Source: Verrucomicrobiota bacterium (GTDB lineage: Bacteria; Verrucomicrobiota; Verrucomicrobiia; Opitutales; Coraliomargaritaceae). Taken from it: DNA of 64,000 nucleotides. Location: contig JBCBZJ010000015.1 of NCBI GenBank assembly GCA_039815375.1, forward strand, positions 15,170-79,169, in the 5' to 3' direction. A program made the translations under genes and the position numbers. Of this stretch, positions 1 to 10,375 are shown in pieces (the stretch's first letter is position 1; each line of letters begins with the position of its first letter). The notes beneath the pieces are model-generated. The model saw only the letters and a program-made list of their open reading frames with translations. It had not been told where the DNA came from and ran no database searches.

Positions 1-77
1 AGGTCACGTTTTATGCGATGCACGGGATACTTGCCCTATCCAACAGAATGCTGGAAAGTCCCTCTGCATTGTTCGGA

Positions 78-1136
78 TCAATCCTCTTTGTTCTTTCTTG
101 AGCGGTGCTTGTCTGCGTATTGCCGCTTGCGAGCAAGTTCACGCATATCCACTGCTGGATCGTCCTCCTCAAAAATCTCCTGACCGATGATATGTTCCAT
201 AACGTCCTCCATTGTGATGACCCCGGACATGGATCCGAATTCGTCGACTGTAATGGCAAGTTGTTGGTGGTTCTTCAGGAAGGTTTGTAGCGCATCATCA
301 GCCGTGGCTGTATCAGGAACAAAGATTGCCTCCCCGGCGAGCTCAGCGATTCGGAGGTTGTCGCGATCTTCAGCCTTTGCGCTCAGTATGTCGCGGCGGC
401 GGACGATACCGGTGATGTTGTCGGTCTGATTCCGGTAAACGGGGATTCGGGCGAAGGGGATGTTGCTGCCTTTCTTGAATACACTTCCGATTGTATCATC
501 AGCATCGACCGCATAGACCACAGTCCGTGGCGTCATGATTTCGTCGACGAGTATCTCATCGAGGCTAAGTGCGTTATTGATCACCTCCCGTTCATTCGAG
601 GTCATCGTGCCTTCTTTTTCGCTCTTTTCCGCCAGCAACATGATTTCCTCGTCGCTGTCGGTTTCCTGCTCTTCATTTTTTAGAAGGAAGCGAATCAAGA
701 GGCCCACGATCTTGGAGACTGGCGTCATGATCGTGCAGATCCAGCTCAGCGGATAAATGAGCACTGGTTGTAGGCTGCTACGATAAAGCACGCCGACATT
801 CTTTGGTATGATCTCGGAAATAAAGAGGATGGCGATCGCCATGATGAGCGATACGTTGTAAAGCACGTTAGTGCTTTCAGACCAGATTTGCACCGCGAGT
901 CCGCCAACGATAGTTGCCCCTAGTGTGTTTGCGATCGTGTTGAGGCTTAGAATTGCCGAGCTGGTTTCTTCAATTTCCAGTTTGGCTTTTTCGAGTCTTT
1001 CGCCGACTTTCGCATGCGTTTTCTTCAAGCTCTCGATCTCTGCAGTGGTAGTGCTGAGGATCATAGCCTCAAGAATCGAGCACAGAGCTGACACACAGAT
1101 GGTGAAGGCTATGGCTAGAATAAATGCGATGATCAT
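78..1136 (-). CDS. CNNM/DUF21 + CBS-pair membrane protein (hemolysin/CorC-HlyC family)
   Basis: N-terminal TM segments with SALCSILEAMILS and SEIIPKNVG motifs, then IMTPRT...ARIPVY...VDEFG CBS pair. Start placed at ATG 1136 (MIIAFIL); the ORF track extends to 1208. Confidence 0.9.
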   Translation of the reverse strand: MIIAFILAIAFTICVSALCSILEAMILSTTTAEIESLKKTHAKVGERLEKAKLEIEETSSAILSLNTIANTLGATIVGGLAVQIWSESTNVLYNVSLIMAIAILFISEIIPKNVGVLYRSSLQPVLIYPLSWICTIMTPVSKIVGLLIRFLLKNEEQETDSDEEIMLLAEKSEKEGTMTSNEREVINNALSLDEILVDEIMTPRTVVYAVDADDTIGSVFKKGSNIPFARIPVYRNQTDNITGIVRRRDILSAKAEDRDNLRIAELAGEAIFVPDTATADDALQTFLKNHQQLAITVDEFGSMSGVITMEDVMEHIIGQEIFEEDDPAVDMRELARKRQYADKHRSRKNKED

Positions 1137-1281
1137 TGCGGGTGCGTATGGGCTGCCGGTTCGGGTCCGGCATTTGAGCTCTACCCAGCACGTATCTGTG
1201 TTCTGCAAGGGTTATTTATTCTTTCAAGCATATTTGCTTATTTACTAACTAAGTCGTCCGGATAGTGATTTCGCTAAATAC

Positions 1282-1311
1282 TTGACCGCGTTTCCAAGCA
1301 CTCTCTATTCT
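1282..1311 (+). promoter_or_regulatory. putative sigma70 promoter for the PEGA lipoprotein/gcvH genes
   Basis: TTGACC-N18-TATTCT, 30 nt upstream of ATG 1342. Confidence 0.4.
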
Positions 1312-1341
1312 AACCTAATTGAAATTTCACTGTATCCCTAA

Positions 1342-1848
1342 ATGAAAATACGTTTACCCTTAGTTTCTGCTCTTTTCAGCATCTTACTGCTTGGCGGTTG
1401 CCAGCACTTTGAGACAGGCCTGCCTCAGGAGGTGATCATCCTTTCCTACCCAACTGAGGCAAGCGTCTACATCAATGGCGAGCCCGCTGGTATAACCCCT
1501 TTAACCACGGCACTTCCTCGCAAGGTCAATCACGAGATACGTCTCGAAAGATACGGCTATAATAAAGCAGTAAAATATTTCACACCGGTTCTCAACGGTA
1601 AGGCGGATAACTTTATACGCTTCGGCCTGTCTGAGGATTTAGGATACTATGTCGACTTGGAGCCTGGCACGATGAAAGCCAAGATGAAGAGCGATCTGGT
1701 TCCCGGTTCCGTAGGTTCCGACCCATTCGAGAAGATGGCACTACAGGCTTTGAAGGCAGATACTATGCTCGAAGCCGGCGAGATATCAGCTTTGGAGCAT
1801 CGGTATATCATCGAGCAAATTGTCGACTTTTTCGAGTCGCAAAACTAG
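1342..1848 (+). CDS. PEGA-domain lipoprotein
   Basis: Lipobox LLLGG-C; PEGA-like SYPTEASVYINGEPAGITP...HEIRLERYGY. Confidence 0.75.
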   Translation: MKIRLPLVSALFSILLLGGCQHFETGLPQEVIILSYPTEASVYINGEPAGITPLTTALPRKVNHEIRLERYGYNKAVKYFTPVLNGKADNFIRFGLSEDLGYYVDLEPGTMKAKMKSDLVPGSVGSDPFEKMALQALKADTMLEAGEISALEHRYIIEQIVDFFESQN

Positions 1849-1872
1849 CTCGCGGTGCTTTGTTTCAAATCC

Positions 1873-2253
1873 ATGAGCGAAGTTCCGGCTGATTTAGTTT
1901 ATACGAAAGACCACGAGTGGCTGAAGGTCCATGAAGATGGAACAGCCACAGTTGGCATCACAGACTACGCACAGGAGAGTTTGGGCGACATCACCTTCGT
2001 CGAGTTCCCTGAGGCCGGTGAATCCTTCTCGACGGGAGACACTTTTGGCGTTGTTGAATCTGTAAAAGCTGCATCCGATCTCTATATGCCGGTTGAGGCA
2101 GAGGTTATCGAGATCAATGAAAATGTGGATTCTGAACCGGAATTACTCAATCAGGACCCTTACGAGAGGGGCTGGCTTTTGAAAATCAAGATTACAGATT
2201 CTTCGCAGTTGGACAGCTTGCTGAAGGCGGATGCTTATCGGGGTATCATTTAG
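1873..2253 (+). CDS. gcvH: glycine cleavage system H protein (lipoyl carrier)
   Basis: YTKDHEW...VGITDYAQESLGDI...VESVKAASD lipoyl-lysine motif, NQDPYERGWL. Confidence 0.97.
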   Translation: MSEVPADLVYTKDHEWLKVHEDGTATVGITDYAQESLGDITFVEFPEAGESFSTGDTFGVVESVKAASDLYMPVEAEVIEINENVDSEPELLNQDPYERGWLLKIKITDSSQLDSLLKADAYRGII

Positions 2254-2359
2254 TTTAGCCCAACATCAGGTGCCATTAGACCATAGTCTACCCCGGTAAG
2301 ATTTTCTTCTTGGCGGGTTCACTCTTAGGGTTTGTAAGGCTATCCTGCTAATTTAAGAA

Positions 2360-2530
2360 CTTTTGGCGAGATCGGCAGGTTGGATGAGCTGCAAGCAACA
2401 GTGGGTGACTGAAAACCTGTTAGAAGAAAATCGCATCCTTAAAGAACAGTCCGGCACGATGCGCTCAATGCGCCCTCAGGTAGAAAAACTTAGCTTGCTG
2501 ATAATCCGGCATTTTGCCTTGTGTTCATGA
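2360..2530 (+). pseudogene. decayed N-terminal fragment of an rve/integrase-core type transposase
   Basis: Reads LLARSAGWMSCKQQWVTENLLEENRILKEQSG...PQVEKLSLLIIRHFA*. This resembles, from memory, the AGWxNRxQQxVIEYLxEENRxLKEQ start of integrase-core IS proteins common in PVC bacteria. It is bounded by stops and has no catalytic domain. Confidence 0.5.
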
Positions 2531-2812
2531 AAAGAGAACAGGGCGTGATCTCCTCGGCGCATGGCTCAAGCCAACCTCTTGCAGTGGCCTTCATATGCGC
2601 ACTTGCGCGGAGTGAACTGGCGCAACTGCGCCGGTCATCTTAAGATTTGGCCCTAGGAGCGATTAGGAGACGGTTGCCATGCCTTTCCGCACTTCAAGTC
2701 TTTGTTCAGCGCTCTTGTATCTTACAGCTCATGCCTAATCGGAATGCTGTAATTGTGTGATTTTCCGAGCTATGTCGTTGACGATTTAAGCGAACTTACC
2801 ACAGAAGGACGG

Positions 2813-4735
2813 ATGGAATTGAAGGAAGCGGGAAGCCGTGCCTGGACAACGGCAGATGCCACGAACTACTACGGCTTGAATCAATGGGGAGGTGGGCATT
2901 TCTCGATCGATGATGACGGATTTATCCAAGTTTGTCCTTTGCGGGACCAGAGAACGATTCGTATCGCAGACATCGTCAAGGAAGCTATCAGTAAGGGGCT
3001 AAAGCCTCCTCTCACGATTCGTATTCAGGACCTTCTCCGGACACGGGTCATTGAATTGAACAAGCTCTTTGCTGAAGCGATTCAGGACGAGAAATACGAT
3101 GGTTCTTACCGGGGTGTTTTTCCGATTAAGGTAAATCAGTTGCGGGAAGTGGTTGAAGAAATCCGCGATGCCGGGCGGGAGTTTCATTTTGGGCTCGAAT
3201 GTGGAAGCAAGCCGGAGTTGATGATCGCGCTGGCTATGCACAAGGATCCGAAGTCGCTCATTATTTGCAATGGCTACAAAGACGAAGAGTTTATCCGCCT
3301 GGCGCTATTCGGACGTATCCTGGGCAAGGAGATCTACCTTGTTGTAGAGCAGCTCAGCGAAGTCCAACGCATCATCGAGATATCCGGAAAGCTCGGAATC
3401 GAGCCGTTGATCGGGTTCCGGGTTAAACTATCCACGACAGGTGAGGGCAAATGGGCCAGTTCTTCCGGCGAAAATGCCAAGTTCGGCCTTACCAGTCCTG
3501 AGATTGTCGAAGCCTCCCGCCGTATCAAGCAGGCCGGACTCACGGAGAGCTTGCGTCTGGTTCACTTTCACATCGGGTCGCAGGTGCCGAATATTCAGAC
3601 GATTAAAAAAGCCACGGTTGAGGCGACGCGCTTCTATTGTGAGTTGAAGAAAATGGGCTTCCCGATGGAGCTGCTGGATGTCGGTGGGGGACTGGGTATC
3701 GATTACGATGGTTCCCGAAGCAACTACGAAAGCTCGATGAACTATACGATGCGTGAATATGCCCGCGATGTGGTGTATAACGTAAAAAATGTCTGCCAGG
3801 ATGCAGGTGTTGATGTGCCGGACCTGATTACGGAGAGCGGCCGGGCGATTGTTGCACCGCACTCGATTCTGGTCACCGAAGTGTGCGACAGTATTTCCAA
3901 GACCTCGGTCCTGCCTCAGCCGCCAAAAAAGAATAAGCAGAACCTTATCCTCCGTGACCTGGAAGCGATACTTGTCAATGAACATGGTTCCAGCCCCTTG
4001 GAGCGTTTCCACGATGCGCAGCAAAAGAGAGAGGAGGCTGATCATCTCTTCAGTCTGGGTTATCTGGACCTGAATGATCGTGCACAGGTGGATGCGCTCT
4101 ACTGGCAGATTTGCGAAGAAGTCTCGAACCTGTCGAAGAACGGTTCGTATACGCCGGAAGAACTCGAGTCGCTACCGTCGATGATGGCAGACCAGTATGT
4201 CTGCAATTTCTCGGTGTTTCAGTCGTTGATCGACCATTGGGCTTGTGATCAGCTGTTTCCGGTGGCCCCTTTGCAGCGTCTCGACGAGAGCCCGGACATC
4301 GACGCGACCCTCGTCGATATTACTTGTGACAGCGAGGGTAAGGTTTCGATGTTTACCGATGTGGAGGATGTTCGCCACACCCTCCGGCTTCATTCCTTGA
4401 AGCCGAATGAGCCTTACTATCTTGGTGTGTTTCTGGTGGGAGCGTATCAGGATATCATGGGGGATCTGCACAACCTTTTTGGTCGAGTGAATGAGGTTCA
4501 CGTCTTTCTTGAAGATGACGAGGAGGACGGCTTTTACATCGAAGATAGTATTAAGGGATTTTCTACCTCTGATGTGCTCGGTTTTACCCAATATGACGGG
4601 CACATCCTGACCCGGCAGATGAAAAAGCAAATTGATCGTGCGACCAAGGCCGACCGGATCAAGCCGCGTGAAGGAACAAGGATGCTCGACGAATATGCGG
4701 ATTTGCTGCGCGGGCATACATACTTGGCGACTTAG
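2813..4735 (+). CDS. speA: biosynthetic arginine decarboxylase
   Basis: FPIKVNQ (PLP lysine), HFHIGSQ, DVGGGLGIDYDGS, ITCDSEG, GAYQDIMGDLHNLFG. Start at ATG 2813 after GAAGGA. Confidence 0.96.
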   Translation: MELKEAGSRAWTTADATNYYGLNQWGGGHFSIDDDGFIQVCPLRDQRTIRIADIVKEAISKGLKPPLTIRIQDLLRTRVIELNKLFAEAIQDEKYDGSYRGVFPIKVNQLREVVEEIRDAGREFHFGLECGSKPELMIALAMHKDPKSLIICNGYKDEEFIRLALFGRILGKEIYLVVEQLSEVQRIIEISGKLGIEPLIGFRVKLSTTGEGKWASSSGENAKFGLTSPEIVEASRRIKQAGLTESLRLVHFHIGSQVPNIQTIKKATVEATRFYCELKKMGFPMELLDVGGGLGIDYDGSRSNYESSMNYTMREYARDVVYNVKNVCQDAGVDVPDLITESGRAIVAPHSILVTEVCDSISKTSVLPQPPKKNKQNLILRDLEAILVNEHGSSPLERFHDAQQKREEADHLFSLGYLDLNDRAQVDALYWQICEEVSNLSKNGSYTPEELESLPSMMADQYVCNFSVFQSLIDHWACDQLFPVAPLQRLDESPDIDATLVDITCDSEGKVSMFTDVEDVRHTLRLHSLKPNEPYYLGVFLVGAYQDIMGDLHNLFGRVNEVHVFLEDDEEDGFYIEDSIKGFSTSDVLGFTQYDGHILTRQMKKQIDRATKADRIKPREGTRMLDEYADLLRGHTYLAT

Positions 4736-4828
4736 ACTATAGTCTGCTAAGTTCAGGATGTGTCTAATAAATTGCTAAAGGCGTTACTTTACTTCTTGTG
4801 TGTTTCGAAATCGAAGTCAGCGAAGCAG

Positions 4829-4874
4829 AAATCGACATCCAAATCGATTGCGACCTCGATTTGGATGTCGATTT
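4829..4874. repeat. perfect 19-bp inverted repeat (REP-like hairpin)
   Basis: AAATCGACATCCAAATCGA-ttgcgacc-TCGATTTGGATGTCGATTT; no U-tract. Confidence 0.85.
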
Positions 4875-4934
4875 AGCCCACCTTGCCTTGGAGAGTAACC
4901 AGAATTAGATTTTATTGATCGCCCTCTCAGCCCC

Positions 4935-6386
4935 ATGTCGGAAAAAGTAAAGTCCATCAATTGGCCCAGTGCAGCGCAGGCGCTGATCGAGAGGGTCGGG
5001 CCTTCGTCGATGGAGCCTTCGGTTTTGGACTGTCTGCGTTCTACCGAGAACAAGCCCGTCATGGTGGCTTGTTCAGGTGGTGCTGATTCGGTTTTCATGT
5101 TGTGTGCACTTTTTGCGCGCGCGGATGAGCTTGGCCTCAACTTACATCTGGCGCATTATAATCATCGCTGGCGTGGGCAGGCGTCCGAATTGGATGCTGA
5201 ATTTGTTCGCTCTCTGGCCGATGCGTTTGGTCTGCCTTTTCACTTGGCTCAGCGTCCTGATAATGAGGCGGCATTTACCGAGACGACGGCACGTTCGCTG
5301 CGCCTCGCGTTTCTCCGAAAGGTTGCTCGTAAGATTGGCTGTCAACATATTGCCTTTGGCCATCAGCTTGACGACATTCTGGAAACTCAGCTGCAAAGGC
5401 TGGCCCGTGGTTCGGGAACCGAAGGTCTCGCCGCTCCCAGACCTGTGGCCACTTTCGACGGCAAGCCGATGCACTTACGTCCTTTGTTGAAGTTGCGCTC
5501 CGTGGACATTCGCATGGGCTTGAACTCCCTCGACATCCCATGGCGGGAAGACAGCTCCAACGAGGATGCCTGTATCGCGCGCAATGCGCTTCGGCACGAC
5601 GTAATTCCCGAACTCACTGATGCGCTGGATCGAGACCCGTCAACCGGAGCGGCCCGTAGCCGCGCACTGCTCGAAGAAGATGCTGCGGCACTCGACCAGC
5701 TGGCTCGTGAGCGTTTGCCGGAAGCCTTCAGTGGGGAGAGTGTATTAAAACGATCGACGCTCCGTTCTCTGCCTATGGCGCTCTTGCGTCGGGCACTTGC
5801 CGGTTGGTTGAACGCCCACGGATTGATGGATTCTTTCAGTGCGCCTGCGATGGATTTGTTGATTGGTTCAATACTGTCGAGTGCTGCTAGTAATCGTCAG
5901 AGCGCAGGTGCCTCTTTCATCCGTATCGACTCGGAGAGCATTTGTATTGAGGAGGATGAAATCGAAACACCGCTCCAGCACGTTCAGTTCGAGCCTGGTG
6001 AGGCGGTAGTTCTTTCTAATGGTTTTTTGATTGAATCGGAAAGGCTTGAGCTTGATGACAAAGTACGGGCCGAGATACTGAGCGGTTTGATTGATCCTGA
6101 GGCTGAGGCGGTCTTGGTTGTTCCGTGTGATGACCCGCTTGATGTGCGCGGCTGGCAGCCGGGTGATCGCTTTCGCCCGCTCGGTGCCCCGGGAACGCGC
6201 AAATTGAAAGACTGGTTTATCGACCGCCAAATCCCGAAGAAGGAACGAAATCAGCTTCCAATTGTCACTACCTCGGCCGGGGAAGTCATCTGGGTGCCCG
6301 GCTTCCCTCCTGCGGATAAACTTAAGATCCTCAAAGATACCAAACTGGCTCTTAGGTTGACTTACCGCCCTAGAAATCCACGTTGA
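4935..6386 (+). CDS. tilS: tRNA(Ile)-lysidine synthase
   Basis: VACSGGADS PP-loop, HYNHRWR, GHQLDDILET, C-terminal GDRFRPLG...KLKDWFID; lies upstream of ftsH. Confidence 0.95.
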   Translation: MSEKVKSINWPSAAQALIERVGPSSMEPSVLDCLRSTENKPVMVACSGGADSVFMLCALFARADELGLNLHLAHYNHRWRGQASELDAEFVRSLADAFGLPFHLAQRPDNEAAFTETTARSLRLAFLRKVARKIGCQHIAFGHQLDDILETQLQRLARGSGTEGLAAPRPVATFDGKPMHLRPLLKLRSVDIRMGLNSLDIPWREDSSNEDACIARNALRHDVIPELTDALDRDPSTGAARSRALLEEDAAALDQLARERLPEAFSGESVLKRSTLRSLPMALLRRALAGWLNAHGLMDSFSAPAMDLLIGSILSSAASNRQSAGASFIRIDSESICIEEDEIETPLQHVQFEPGEAVVLSNGFLIESERLELDDKVRAEILSGLIDPEAEAVLVVPCDDPLDVRGWQPGDRFRPLGAPGTRKLKDWFIDRQIPKKERNQLPIVTTSAGEVIWVPGFPPADKLKILKDTKLALRLTYRPRNPR

Positions 6387-6395
6387 CCCGTTCAC

Positions 6396-8456
6396 ATGTC
6401 TTCAGAGAATAAAACACCGCAAAATAACAATACTGGAAACAACGGCTCACCACAGCGTTTTCAGCCTAAGGTGCTGCTCATTTATCTCGTTATTGTAGCC
6501 GCCATCCTGACTATCTGGTTTGCCAACCCCAGTGGTGGTGGGAACGTCAAACAGTTGACCATCAGTGAACTTATTCAGGAAGTAAAGGATGGGACGATCG
6601 GCGAGGATGACGGCGTCATGGAGCCGGACCCATCTTACGGGCGCGATGGCTATGTGATTTCCGGTGAAATGCGTAATCCGCTTTGGACGGAGCAGGAAGA
6701 TGGAGTCATTGTCGCGGCTGATACGCCGGAAAAAATTCGTTTCAGTTCACGTGGCCGGCTGACAGAAGAAGATTTCCTTCTCGTGCGAGAAGTTCTTAAG
6801 GAGAAGCGTGCGAGCACTGCGATGCAGGACATTCTTATCAGCTTCCTTCCCTTTGTTCTGATCATCGGACTTCTGTATTTCCTTTTTGTTCGCCAGCTTA
6901 AGAATGCCGGACGTGGTGCAATGAGCTTTGGCAAGAGCAAGGCCAAGATGCTGACCCGCGAGAAGGATTCGGTAACGTTTAAGGACGTTGCCGGTTGCGA
7001 CGAAGCTAAGGAGGAAGTCTCCGAAGTGGTCGATTTCCTAAAGGACCCGAAGAAGTTCCAGCGAATTGGCGGCCGTATACCGAAAGGTGTGCTCATGGTC
7101 GGCCCTCCGGGCACCGGTAAAACACTCCTTGCCAAGGCCGTCGCTGGTGAAGCGGAGGTCCCATTCTTTTCCATCTCAGGTTCCGACTTCGTCGAAATGT
7201 TCGTTGGTGTTGGTGCTGCCCGTGTTCGTGATATGTTTGAACAGGGCCGCAAGAACGCGCCATGTATCGTTTTCATCGACGAGATTGATGCGGTGGGTCG
7301 CCAACGCGGTGCCGGTCTCGGTGGCGGCAACGACGAGCGCGAGCAAACACTCAATTCGCTTCTCGTTGAGATGGACGGCTTCGATGGCCATGAAGGCGTC
7401 ATCATCATCGCAGCAACCAACCGACCGGATGTTTTGGATAACGCGCTTCTACGTCCCGGTCGCTTTGATCGCCAGGTCACCATAGATTTGCCAGATCTGA
7501 ACGGTCGCCACGAGATTTTGAAGGTCCACGCCAAAAAAATTGCACTCGCAGAGGAGGTGAATCTGGAGCACGTGGCCCGAAACACCCCAGGTTTCTCGGG
7601 CGCTGATCTTGCCAATCTCTTGAATGAAGGTGCGCTGATTGCCGCTCGTTACAACAAAAAGGTTGTCGAGATGCAGGACATCGACGAAGCCCGCGACAAA
7701 ATTTCCTTCGGTCGTGAACGCCGCAAGTTGATGGATGACGAAGATCGAAAGATCACGGCTTATCATGAAGCAGGCCATGCGATCGTTCAGGCTGTCGTCG
7801 ATGACGGGCACTTGCCCGTCCATAAAGTGACAATTATTCCACGCGGTCAGAGCCTCGGTTCGACCATGTTCATGCCGAAGAAGGATGTTCTGAACCATTC
7901 CAAGCGCCGTCTGCTCAATCAGATTTGTTGTGGTATGGGTGGCCGTGCTGCTGAAGAAATCGAAATGGGTGACATCACTTCGGGGGCTTCGGGAGACATT
8001 CGCATGGTGACTAAGACCGCACGTCACATGGTCTGTGACTGGGGGATGACCGATCTTGGTCCGGTCGCTTATGGCGAGAATAAAGATCATGTTTTCCTTG
8101 GTCAGGAGGTCGCTCGCTCTCAAAATTACAGTGAGGAAACGGCTCAGAAAATTGATTCGGCTATCCACACGATCGTGGATGAGCAATACCACCGCAGTCT
8201 CGATATTCTGAATGAGCACCGCAAGGCGCTTGATGTCTGCGCGCAGGCTTTGCTCGATCACGAGACGATTGATGGCAAACACGTCCATGAGATTCTTGAG
8301 TTTGGGGAAATTCGCTCGCCCATTATCAAGCGTGAGATTCCTGAGCCTGAAGCAGAGGAAGATGAGAAAGAGGCTGACGTGAAAGAGGCTGCTTCTGAAA
8401 AGAACGATGAGGGTGGTCTTGCCGGCGAAGAAGCACCGGCTGGCGCTCCTGCGTAA
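6396..8456 (+). CDS. ftsH: ATP-dependent zinc metalloprotease FtsH
   Basis: Two TMs, GPPGTGKT Walker [22 protein letters not shown] zinc motif. Confidence 0.98.
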   Translation: MSSENKTPQNNNTGNNGSPQRFQPKVLLIYLVIVAAILTIWFANPSGGGNVKQLTISELIQEVKDGTIGEDDGVMEPDPSYGRDGYVISGEMRNPLWTEQEDGVIVAADTPEKIRFSSRGRLTEEDFLLVREVLKEKRASTAMQDILISFLPFVLIIGLLYFLFVRQLKNAGRGAMSFGKSKAKMLTREKDSVTFKDVAGCDEAKEEVSEVVDFLKDPKKFQRIGGRIPKGVLMVGPPGTGKTLLAKAVAGEAEVPFFSISGSDFVEMFVGVGAARVRDMFEQGRKNAPCIVFIDEIDAVGRQRGAGLGGGNDEREQTLNSLLVEMDGFDGHEGVIIIAATNRPDVLDNALLRPGRFDRQVTIDLPDLNGRHEILKVHAKKIALAEEVNLEHVARNTPGFSGADLANLLNEGALIAARYNKKVVEMQDIDEARDKISFGRERRKLMDDEDRKITAYHEAGHAIVQAVVDDGHLPVHKVTIIPRGQSLGSTMFMPKKDVLNHSKRRLLNQICCGMGGRAAEEIEMGDITSGASGDIRMVTKTARHMVCDWGMTDLGPVAYGENKDHVFLGQEVARSQNYSEETAQKIDSAIHTIVDEQYHRSLDILNEHRKALDVCAQALLDHETIDGKHVHEILEFGEIRSPIIKREIPEPEAEEDEKEADVKEAASEKNDEGGLAGEEAPAGAPA

Positions 8457-8520
8457 CATTTTGTTTTGTCTCGAAACCGTAAGTGGATCGGCTAGCTTAC
8501 GGACTCACTTGAAAGACTGC

Positions 8521-9441
8521 GTGGATACCGAACTTACTTACACTGTCGACGACTTGAATCGTCTTGAGTTCAGTGGAACACCGCTTGCAGTCATCGGTCA
8601 TCCGGTTCGTCACTCGGTCAGTCCGGCGATGCATAACGCTGCAATCGAGGAGCTGCGCGCTGTCGGTAATCGCTTTAGCGACTGGGTGTATTATCGCTTC
8701 GATGTGCCACCGGATGAGTTTGCCGATGCAGTTCCGCTCTTCCATCAGCATAACTTTCTCGGGCTGAATTTGACTATACCTCATAAAGTTCAGGCCATGG
8801 ATCTAGTAAAGGATGTGTCGCCTGATGCCGGGCGTATGGGTGCCTGTAACACGCTTGTGTGGGATCAGTCTGGCTACGATGGTTTTAATACTGATGGTTA
8901 CGGTTTAAAGAAGGGCTTACTTGAGGACTTGGACTTTGAGCTAAAGGGGGGCACGGTTGTTCTTCTGGGCTCCGGTGGTGCGGCCCGTGCTGCTGCGGTG
9001 CAGTGTGTGCTTGAAGGATGCGCAAAACTCTATGTTGGCAACCGCACGCTCTCTAGACTCGACGGGCTTATGTCTGTGGTAAATGGAATGCCGGGTTGTG
9101 ATTGTGCAGAAGCGTTCCCTCTGGCCGAGCCTCCCCAGGAGCTTCCCGAGACGGGTGTCCTGATCAATGCGACTTCTCTGGGCTTAAGGGAGGATGATCC
9201 TGTGCCGTTCGATATTTCTCTACTGCCGGACGGTTGGAAAGTCTATGATATGATTTATAACCCGTCTGCCACCAACCTGATAAAGGCGGCCGCAGATCGT
9301 GGGCTTTCCTTCGCTAACGGACTCTCCATGCTCGTTCACCAAGGGGCTCGTTCACTGGAAATATGGTCGCATGCCGACGTCGATTCTCATGCAATGATGG
9401 AGGCAGCTTGTCATGCCCTGAAACAGCCGCTGAGAATGTAG
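8521..9441 (+). CDS. aroE: shikimate dehydrogenase
   Basis: GHPVRHSVSPAMHN, NLTIPHK, NTDGYG, GSGGAARA, NATSLG, GLSMLVHQG. Start GTG 8521 is inferred. Confidence 0.93.
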   Translation: MDTELTYTVDDLNRLEFSGTPLAVIGHPVRHSVSPAMHNAAIEELRAVGNRFSDWVYYRFDVPPDEFADAVPLFHQHNFLGLNLTIPHKVQAMDLVKDVSPDAGRMGACNTLVWDQSGYDGFNTDGYGLKKGLLEDLDFELKGGTVVLLGSGGAARAAAVQCVLEGCAKLYVGNRTLSRLDGLMSVVNGMPGCDCAEAFPLAEPPQELPETGVLINATSLGLREDDPVPFDISLLPDGWKVYDMIYNPSATNLIKAAADRGLSFANGLSMLVHQGARSLEIWSHADVDSHAMMEAACHALKQPLRM

Positions 9442-9454
9442 AGATAAATCACCT

Positions 9455-10375
9455 ATGTTAGAGACCTTTGAAATCGTGAATGAGGAACTGCCGTGGTTCT
9501 TTGCCAGCATGAGTTTCATCTTTGGAGCTTTGGTCGGCAGTTTTCTAAATGTCTGCATTTACCGCATTCCGGCAGGGCGCTCCATCATCTTTCCTGGTTC
9601 CACCTGTGCTTGTGGCGAGGCGATTCCCTTCTATCACAACATCCCGATTTTTACCTGGCTTCTGCTTAGGGGGAAGGCGCATTGCTGTGATTTGCGTTTC
9701 AGTGTGCGCTACCCGGCGATCGAGCTGCTGACGGCATGCCTGTTTCTCTGGACGTGGCTGACTCATCCGCCACTCGTAGCTTTGGTCGGTATGCTGTTCG
9801 TCTCCTTTCTGATTTGCGCGACCTTTATTGATCTCGACCATATGATTATACCTGATCGATTTTCAATCGGAGGCATGGTGATCGGCGTAGTTATCTCATT
9901 TACGGTGCCAAGCCTGCATGGCTACGAAGGTGTCTGGTTGGGTACTGGTATTCAGTCGACGATTACTTCAATAATAGGCGCTCTGATCGGTGCAGGGTTG
10001 GTCTACTGGATCGCGGTGCTCGGTGAGATTGTCTTTCGGAAGCCTGCAATGGGTGAGGGTGATGTGAAGTTTGTCGGTTTCATCGGTGCCTTTTGCGGAT
10101 GGCAGGGCGCGGTTTTTGCCATGTTCGGCGGTGCTTTAATCGGGTCTGCCGTTCTTTTGCCTGTCCTACTTCTCGGTCGCTTGTTCGGCTGGAAGCAGAG
10201 TATTCAATACGATGATGAAGAGACAGGAGAGACTAAGACTGAGGAAGTTGCCTTTGGTGCAGTTGTTCCCTTTGGTCCCATGTTGGCTGCGGCCGGGCTC
10301 GTTTACTTCCTTGGTTTCAGCAAGGTCGTTGATGCCTACTTCGCAGATTTAGCGGGCTTTTTCTTTGGCGTCTAG
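9455..10375 (+). CDS. pilD: prepilin peptidase (A24) / N-methyltransferase
   Basis: GSFLNVCIYRIP, Cys pairs, FIDLDHMIIPD, AMGEGDVK, VPFGPML. Confidence 0.92.
   Translation: MLETFEIVNEELPWFFASMSFIFGALVGSFLNVCIYRIPAGRSIIFPGSTCACGEAIPFYHNIPIFTWLLLRGKAHCCDLRFSVRYPAIELLTACLFLWTWLTHPPLVALVGMLFVSFLICATFIDLDHMIIPDRFSIGGMVIGVVISFTVPSLHGYEGVWLGTGIQSTITSIIGALIGAGLVYWIAVLGEIVFRKPAMGEGDVKFVGFIGAFCGWQGAVFAMFGGALIGSAVLLPVLLLGRLFGWKQSIQYDDEETGETKTEEVAFGAVVPFGPMLAAAGLVYFLGFSKVVDAYFADLAGFFFGV

Noticed and set aside
2540..2812. Riboswitch upstream of speA, or glycine riboswitch near gcvH
   Set aside because: No recognisable aptamer consensus by eye; an Rfam scan would be needed.
6650..8459. 321-aa and 336-aa minus-strand ORFs
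   Set aside because: Antisense shadows of ftsH.
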